Shown here one piece after another: positions 58,781-64,000 of a DNA stretch of 64,000 nucleotides. The notes under the pieces were generated by a model that was not told the DNA's origin, did not search any database, and saw nothing but the letters and a program-made list of their open reading frames with translations. The position numbers and the translations under genes are program-made. Position 1 is the stretch's first letter. Every line of letters starts with the position of its first letter. The stretch comes from an uncultured Pelagibacteraceae bacterium (GTDB lineage: Bacteria > Pseudomonadota > Alphaproteobacteria > Pelagibacterales > Pelagibacteraceae): positions 2,718 to 66,717 of the forward strand of contig CACANA010000001.1 of NCBI GenBank assembly GCA_902533775.1, read 5' to 3'.

Positions 58781-59182
58781 ATGTCATTCGCAGTAATTCA
58801 AACAGGTGGTAAACAGTATAAAGTAAAAGCTGGAGAGATTCTCAAAGTTGAAAAGCTGGAAGATTCAAAAGAAAATTCAAAAATAGAGTTTAATGAAATA
58901 CTAGCTTACGGAGATGATAAAAATTTAGAGTTAGGGGAGCCAACTATTAGTGGAGCTAAAGTTGAAGCTGAATTAATAAAAAATGGAAAAAATAGAACAG
59001 TTCTTATTTTTAAAAAAAGAAGAAGACAAAATTCGAGAAGAAAAAATGGTCATAGACAAAAATTCACAATGGTAAGAATTAGTAAGATCTATTCAAAAGA
59101 TGGTAAAGTTATTTCTGAAGCAGAAAAAAGAAAAGAAATACCATCAAAAAAAACAGTTGAAACTAAGGAAGCAGCTAAATAA
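58781..59182 (+). CDS. rplU: 50S ribosomal protein L21
   Basis: AVIQTGGKQYKV, FKKRRRQNSRRKNGHRQ. Confidence 0.96.
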   Translation: MSFAVIQTGGKQYKVKAGEILKVEKLEDSKENSKIEFNEILAYGDDKNLELGEPTISGAKVEAELIKNGKNRTVLIFKKRRRQNSRRKNGHRQKFTMVRISKIYSKDGKVISEAEKRKEIPSKKTVETKEAAK

Positions 59183-59192
59183 AAAGTAACTT

Positions 59193-59447
59193 ATGGCAAC
59201 GAAAAAAGCAGGTGGATCGTCAAGAAACGGAAGAGATAGTGCAGGTCGAAGACTGGGCGTGAAAAAATATGGTGGTGAGATGGTTATGCCTGGCAACATA
59301 ATTGTAAGACAAAGGGGAACGAAAATATTTCCTGGAGAAAATGTTGGCATGGGTAAAGACCATTCGATTTTTTCAGTTGTTAAAGGTAAAGTAGAGTTTA
59401 AAAAATCAAAATCTGATAGAACTTACGTTTCTGTAAAGCCCAATTAA
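59193..59447 (+). CDS. rpmA: 50S ribosomal protein L27
   Basis: [25 protein letters not shown]. Confidence 0.97.
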   Translation: MATKKAGGSSRNGRDSAGRRLGVKKYGGEMVMPGNIIVRQRGTKIFPGENVGMGKDHSIFSVVKGKVEFKKSKSDRTYVSVKPN

Positions 59448-59474
59448 TAGATACAACACTCACTTAGTTGTTAT

Positions 59475-60458
59475 ATGAAATTTCTAGATCAAGTTAAGAT
59501 ATATGTAAAAGCTGGCAACGGAGGGTCAGGATCTCCAAGTTTTCGTAGGGAAAAATTTGTAGAATTTGGTGGCCCTGATGGCGGCGATGGAGGTAAAGGA
59601 GGATCTGTAATTCTTATTAGTGAAAGAAATCTTAATACTTTGATTGATTACAGGTACCAACAACACTTCAAAGCTGAAAGAGGAAAGGATGGCAGTGGAA
59701 AAAATAAAACTGGGAAAGGTGGTGAAGATTTATACTTAAAAGTACCTTTAGGAACACAAGTATTTGAAGAAGATAATAAAACACTTATTTATGATTTTAA
59801 AAGTCAGAAAGAGGAGTTTTTAGTAGCAAGCGGAGGTAAAGGAGGATTTGGAAATACAAGGTTTAAGTCCTCAACCAATAGAGCCCCAAAGAAATTTACA
59901 AAAGGGGGTCAAGGAGAGGAATTTTGGATTTGGCTTCAACTAAAAACAATTGCTGATATCGGTATCATAGGATTGCCCAATGCTGGGAAATCCAGCTTGC
60001 TTGCATCAATGACGAGTGCAAATCCAAAAATAGCAAACTATAAATTTACTACAATTAATCCAAATCTTGGGGTTGCTAGTTATGATGACAAAGAATTTAC
60101 TTTGGCAGATATACCAGGCTTAATTGAGGGCGCTCATACCGGAACTGGTCTTGGGATAAAATTTTTAAAACATATAGAAAGGTGCAAAACTTTGCTGCAT
60201 TTAATAGATATAACTGAAGATGATTTATTTATTTCTTACAATCAAGTCAGAAAAGAATTATCAAAATACAGTAAAGATTTAGTTAAAAAAAAAGAAATAG
60301 TAGTTTTAAATAAAACTGACTTAATAGATGAAGAGGAAAAAAAAGAGAAGATAAAAAAACTCAAGAACAAATTAAAAAAAAATATCTTTTTCATGTCAAC
60401 AATGGATAAAAAATCAGTATCAGATATAAAGTCAAAGTTGGTAAACTATGTATCTTAA
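59475..60458 (+). CDS. obgE: GTPase ObgE/CgtA
   Basis: FRREKFVEFGGPDGGDGG, GLPNAGKS, DIPGLIEGA, NKTD. Confidence 0.96.
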   Translation: MKFLDQVKIYVKAGNGGSGSPSFRREKFVEFGGPDGGDGGKGGSVILISERNLNTLIDYRYQQHFKAERGKDGSGKNKTGKGGEDLYLKVPLGTQVFEEDNKTLIYDFKSQKEEFLVASGGKGGFGNTRFKSSTNRAPKKFTKGGQGEEFWIWLQLKTIADIGIIGLPNAGKSSLLASMTSANPKIANYKFTTINPNLGVASYDDKEFTLADIPGLIEGAHTGTGLGIKFLKHIERCKTLLHLIDITEDDLFISYNQVRKELSKYSKDLVKKKEIVVLNKTDLIDEEEKKEKIKKLKNKLKKNIFFMSTMDKKSVSDIKSKLVNYVS

Positions 60459-61554
60459 GGACTCCAAAACTGTAGTAATAAAAATAGGTTCATCTTTATT
60501 AATAAATGATAATAAAATTATTAGAGAAAAATGGCTTTTGGAATTTGCTAAAGATATTAAAGAGTTACAAAAACTTAAAAAGAACATTGTTATAGTGAGT
60601 TCTGGAGCGATCGCTTTAGGGTGTAAAAAATTACAATTAAATAAAAAAACTTTAAAGCTTGATAAAAGCCAAGCTGTTGCATCAATTGGACAAATAGAGC
60701 TAATGAATCTTTTTAAAAAGACATTTAGCTCAAATAAAATAAATATTTCTCAAATTCTAATTACTTTAGAAGACACTGAACAAAGAAGAAGAGCTATAAA
60801 TGCTAAAAGAACTTTCGAAAACTTATTTGAGCTTAATTTTGTACCTGTTGTTAATGAAAATGATAGTATCGCAACTTCTGAAATTAAATACGGAGATAAT
60901 GACAGATTAGCATCAAGAGTTGCACAAATATCAGGTGCAGATTGCTTAATATTATTGTCTGATGTTGATGGATTGTATTCTAAAAACCCAAAAATTCATA
61001 AAAATGCTAAATTGATTAAAGAAATAAAAAATATTGATTCTAAAATTGAAAATTTTTCAAGTAAAGGCACAAGTGAGTATGGTACTGGTGGAATGAAAAC
61101 GAAAATTGATGCTGCAAAAATATGTCAAGTCTCGGGTTGCTATATGGCTATTGCAAATGGTTTAATTAAAAGACCAATTAAAAATATACTGGAACATAAT
61201 TCTGGGACATGGTTTTTGCCAAAAGTATCTAAATTAGATGCAAGAAAAAAATGGATAATTAGCTCTATATCTCCAAAAGGAGAAATTATAATAGATGATG
61301 GTGCTTTAAATGCTTTAAAAAATGGAAAAAGTTTATTAGCTGCAGGTATTAGAAAAGTTTCAGGAAAATTTGTTAAAGGTGATCATGTTAGAATTTTAGA
61401 TAAAAATAACAAAGAATTTGCTAGAGGATTGAGCAGTTTTACATCTGATGAGATATCCAAAATAAAAGGAGAACATTCTAACAAAATTAGTAATCTTTTA
61501 GGCTATGTTACAAAGTCTGAAGTTATACATAAAGATGATATGGTTAAAATTTAA
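60448..61554 (+). CDS. proB: glutamate 5-kinase
   Basis: VIKIGSS, NENDS, GDNDRLA, GTGGMKTK, PUA domain. Confidence 0.95.
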   Translation: MYLKDSKTVVIKIGSSLLINDNKIIREKWLLEFAKDIKELQKLKKNIVIVSSGAIALGCKKLQLNKKTLKLDKSQAVASIGQIELMNLFKKTFSSNKINISQILITLEDTEQRRRAINAKRTFENLFELNFVPVVNENDSIATSEIKYGDNDRLASRVAQISGADCLILLSDVDGLYSKNPKIHKNAKLIKEIKNIDSKIENFSSKGTSEYGTGGMKTKIDAAKICQVSGCYMAIANGLIKRPIKNILEHNSGTWFLPKVSKLDARKKWIISSISPKGEIIIDDGALNALKNGKSLLAAGIRKVSGKFVKGDHVRILDKNNKEFARGLSSFTSDEISKIKGEHSNKISNLLGYVTKSEVIHKDDMVKI

Positions 61555-62801
61555 TGAGTAAACTACTTAAAAAAATTGGATTAAATTCTAGAAAAGCTTT
61601 GAATTCGAGTATTAGTCCAAAAAAAAAGAATAAAGTTTTAAAAGATTTTGTAAAATTAATTGAGATTAATAAGAATAAAATTATTAGTGAAAATAAGAAA
61701 GATATTTTTTATGCAAGAGGAAAAAAATTAAAAGAAAACTTAATTCAAAGACTTGCTCTTAATAATAACAAATTAAAAAGTATAATTGACTCTGTTAAAA
61801 CTATTATTTCTTTTAAAGATCCAGTTAATCAAGTAACTTCCAAATGGAAAAGGCCAAATGGACTTGAAATTAGAAGAGTTACAATACCAATAGGAGTTAT
61901 AGGTGTAATATTTGAAAGTAGACCTAATGTTACTTCGGATGTATCAGCACTATGTTTTAAATCTGGAAATGCTGTTATATTGAGAGGTGGTTCCGAAGCC
62001 TATAATAGTAATAAAATTTTAGTAAATTTATTTAGGAAAGCTCTAAAAAAAAATAAAGTAAACGAAAATTACGTCCAGTTTATAAACAATAAAAGCAGAA
62101 AACTCGTAGATTATTTATTATCAAAAATGGAAAACTCCATTGATGTTGTAATACCACGAGGCGGAAAAAATTTAGTAAAAAAAGTTAAACAACTTTCGAA
62201 GGTGCCAGTTATTGGTCATTTGGAAGGAATTTGTCATACATATATTGATAAAGAGGCGGAAGATAATATGGCAAACAAAATAGTATTAAATGCTAAGTTG
62301 AGAAATACTAGTATATGTGGTGCAACTGAAACCCTCTTAATACATAAAAGTAAATCGAAATTAGTAAATTTAATTTTAAATTCACTAGCTGAAAGTGGTT
62401 GTAAAATTTTAGCTGATAAAAAAATAAGTAAATTATTTAAAGGCAAAACATATCCTGCAAATAATAATACTTGGTCAAAAGAACATCTTTCACCGATTAT
62501 TTCGGTTAAATTAGTGAATGATGTCAAAGAAGCAGTTGCCCATATCAACAAATATGGAACTATGCATACAGATGCAATAGTAACCAAAAACAAAAATACA
62601 GCAAAATTCTTTATTAAGAATGTAAAAAGCTCTATTGCTATTCAAAATTCATCAACACAATTTGCTGACGGAGGAGAATTTGGTTTTGGTGGAGAGGTTG
62701 GAATTTCGACAAACACCTTACCACCAAGAGGTCCTGTCGGTTTAAATCAATTAGTAAGTTATAAATATGAAGTTTATGGTTCGGGGCAAATTAGAAAATA
62801 A
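61554..62801 (+). CDS. proA: glutamate-5-semialdehyde dehydrogenase
   Basis: IFESRPNV, IPRGG, CGATETLL, FADGGEFGFGGEVGIST. Confidence 0.95.
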   Translation: MSKLLKKIGLNSRKALNSSISPKKKNKVLKDFVKLIEINKNKIISENKKDIFYARGKKLKENLIQRLALNNNKLKSIIDSVKTIISFKDPVNQVTSKWKRPNGLEIRRVTIPIGVIGVIFESRPNVTSDVSALCFKSGNAVILRGGSEAYNSNKILVNLFRKALKKNKVNENYVQFINNKSRKLVDYLLSKMENSIDVVIPRGGKNLVKKVKQLSKVPVIGHLEGICHTYIDKEAEDNMANKIVLNAKLRNTSICGATETLLIHKSKSKLVNLILNSLAESGCKILADKKISKLFKGKTYPANNNTWSKEHLSPIISVKLVNDVKEAVAHINKYGTMHTDAIVTKNKNTAKFFIKNVKSSIAIQNSSTQFADGGEFGFGGEVGISTNTLPPRGPVGLNQLVSYKYEVYGSGQIRK

Positions 62802-63309
62802 AAAGATTGGTATACTCGGTGGATCGTTTGATCCAGCACATGTTGGTCATGTAAGAATTTCTAAATTAGCAAAAAAAAATTATGATTTGAGCCAAGTTAT
62901 ATGGGCTATAACAAAACAAAATCCATTTAAAAAAAATAATCCAAATGATCTATCTAAAAGAACAGCTTATGCAAAAAAAATTAATAAAAATAATAAATTT
63001 ATAAAAGTTAAATGTTTTGAAGAAATAATAAAATCTAATCGTACAGTAGATTTAATTAAATATTTAAAAAAAAAATTTAAATATTCAGAAATATTTTTTT
63101 TAATGGGGGCAGATAACCTAATAAATTTTCATAAATGGAAGGGGTACAATTCAATAACTAAAATGTGCAAAATATTGGTATTTGATCGAAATGGATACAA
63201 ATCAAAGGCTTTTAGATCTAAATCATTTAAGAAATATAATAAAAAAGCAGTTGAATTTATAAAGTTTAATAAAGTCAATATTTCATCTTCTCAATTAAGA
63301 AAAATTTGA
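62767..63309 (+). CDS. nadD: nicotinate-nucleotide adenylyltransferase
   Basis: GGSFDPAHVGH, LMGADN, ISSSQLR; start may be ATG 62776. Confidence 0.9.
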   Translation: MKFMVRGKLENKKIGILGGSFDPAHVGHVRISKLAKKNYDLSQVIWAITKQNPFKKNNPNDLSKRTAYAKKINKNNKFIKVKCFEEIIKSNRTVDLIKYLKKKFKYSEIFFLMGADNLINFHKWKGYNSITKMCKILVFDRNGYKSKAFRSKSFKKYNKKAVEFIKFNKVNISSSQLRKI

Positions 63310-63326
63310 TACTCTAAATTCAATTA

Positions 63327-63677
63327 ATGGAAAAAATATCAGCTCTTAAAGATGAAATAATCAAAACGCTTGATATTAATAAAGCCTTAGACATAGTTTC
63401 AATAGATCTCGAAGGAAAATCATCAGTTGCTGACTTCATGATTATAGCTAGTGGTACATCGTCAAGACATATTCAAGCTTTGTCTGAACAAGTTTTTGAA
63501 AAATTAAAAATTAATGGTGTGAATAATTGTAAAATTGAAGGAAAAGATAGCAATGATTGGAAGCTTGTAGATGGAATAGACTTAATTGTTCATATTTTCA
63601 ATCCTGAAAAAAGAAAATTTTATGAATTAGAAAAAATGTGGTCAGAATTAATTCCTAAAGAAAAACTGATCATATGA
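63327..63677 (+). CDS. rsfS: ribosome silencing factor
   Basis: IASGTSSRH, WKLVD, VHIF..EKRKFYELEKMW. Confidence 0.93.
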   Translation: MEKISALKDEIIKTLDINKALDIVSIDLEGKSSVADFMIIASGTSSRHIQALSEQVFEKLKINGVNNCKIEGKDSNDWKLVDGIDLIVHIFNPEKRKFYELEKMWSELIPKEKLII

Positions 63678-64000
63678 AAAAGGTATACTTTATAGCTTCT
63701 TTATTTTTTTTCATATTTACAAATCCAATTTTGAGTAATGAAAACGATATTTACAAAAAAATTGATTTATTCAGCGAAGTCTTAGATAAAATTAATAAAG
63801 AATATGTTGATGAAGTAAATCAGAGTGAAGCAATGGATGCTGCTATAAACGGCGTTTTACAATCTTTGGATCCTTATTCAGCATATATGTCTCCGGACTC
63901 GTTTAAAAATATGCAAACTGAGACTAGCGGAGAATTTGGAGGATTGGGCATTGAAGTTGGTATGGAGGCTGGTGTCGTAAAAGTAATTTCTCCAATTGAT
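63674..64000 (+). CDS. ctpA: carboxyl-terminal processing protease S41, N-terminal part (runs off the window)
   Basis: Hand translation MKKVYFIASL...AINGVLQSLDPYSAYM...TSGEFGGLGIEV...VKVISPID. Confidence 0.9.
   Translation, partial: MKKVYFIASLFFFIFTNPILSNENDIYKKIDLFSEVLDKINKEYVDEVNQSEAMDAAINGVLQSLDPYSAYMSPDSFKNMQTETSGEFGGLGIEVGMEAGVVKVISPID

Noticed and set aside
1-64000. tRNA, rRNA, integrase, transposase or prophage genes
   Set aside because: No GC-rich cloverleaf or rRNA-like stretch and no mobile-element ORFs seen; nearly all of the sequence is accounted for by CDS

Overview
AT-rich, extremely gene-dense chromosomal segment of a streamlined alphaproteobacterium. Gene content, class I LysRS, the zeta subunit and the tiny intergenic spacers point to Pelagibacterales/SAR11 (inference). 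It holds about 60 housekeeping and metabolic genes: typA end, tldD/pmbA, aceA with a divergent ScfR/RamB regulator, cfa, ptrB, ibpA, a BMP-type purine/nucleoside ABC transporter plus a phosphoribosyltransferase, msrA-sseA-RND pump, amgK/murU/ampG peptidoglycan recycling, ahcY, chvIG, polA, regA, a four-gene polyamine operon, pyrD, lysS, trkH, hisC-tyrA, metXW, rplU-rpmA-obg-proBA-nadD-rsfS and the ctpA start. I saw no tRNA, rRNA, CRISPR array or mobile element. Non-coding elements read directly from the sequence are a SAM-II riboswitch before metX, a sigma32 promoter plus ROSE-like thermometer before ibpA, a second sigma32-type promoter for a leaderless regA, and a 9-bp-periodic TTTACAA operator array. 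The best leads are: (1) a decarboxylase + deoxyhypusine-synthase-like + aguB + aguA operon that may be an agmatine-based homospermidine route using deiminase/amidase instead of agmatinase; (2) an RND adaptor with no alpha-hairpin; (3) an uncalled 53-aa ORF in front of aceA; (4) a uORF/T8 tract fused to the SAM-II aptamer; (5) a poly-A-encoded Lys-rich coiled-coil orphan. All calls come from motif recognition by eye, with no database searches.
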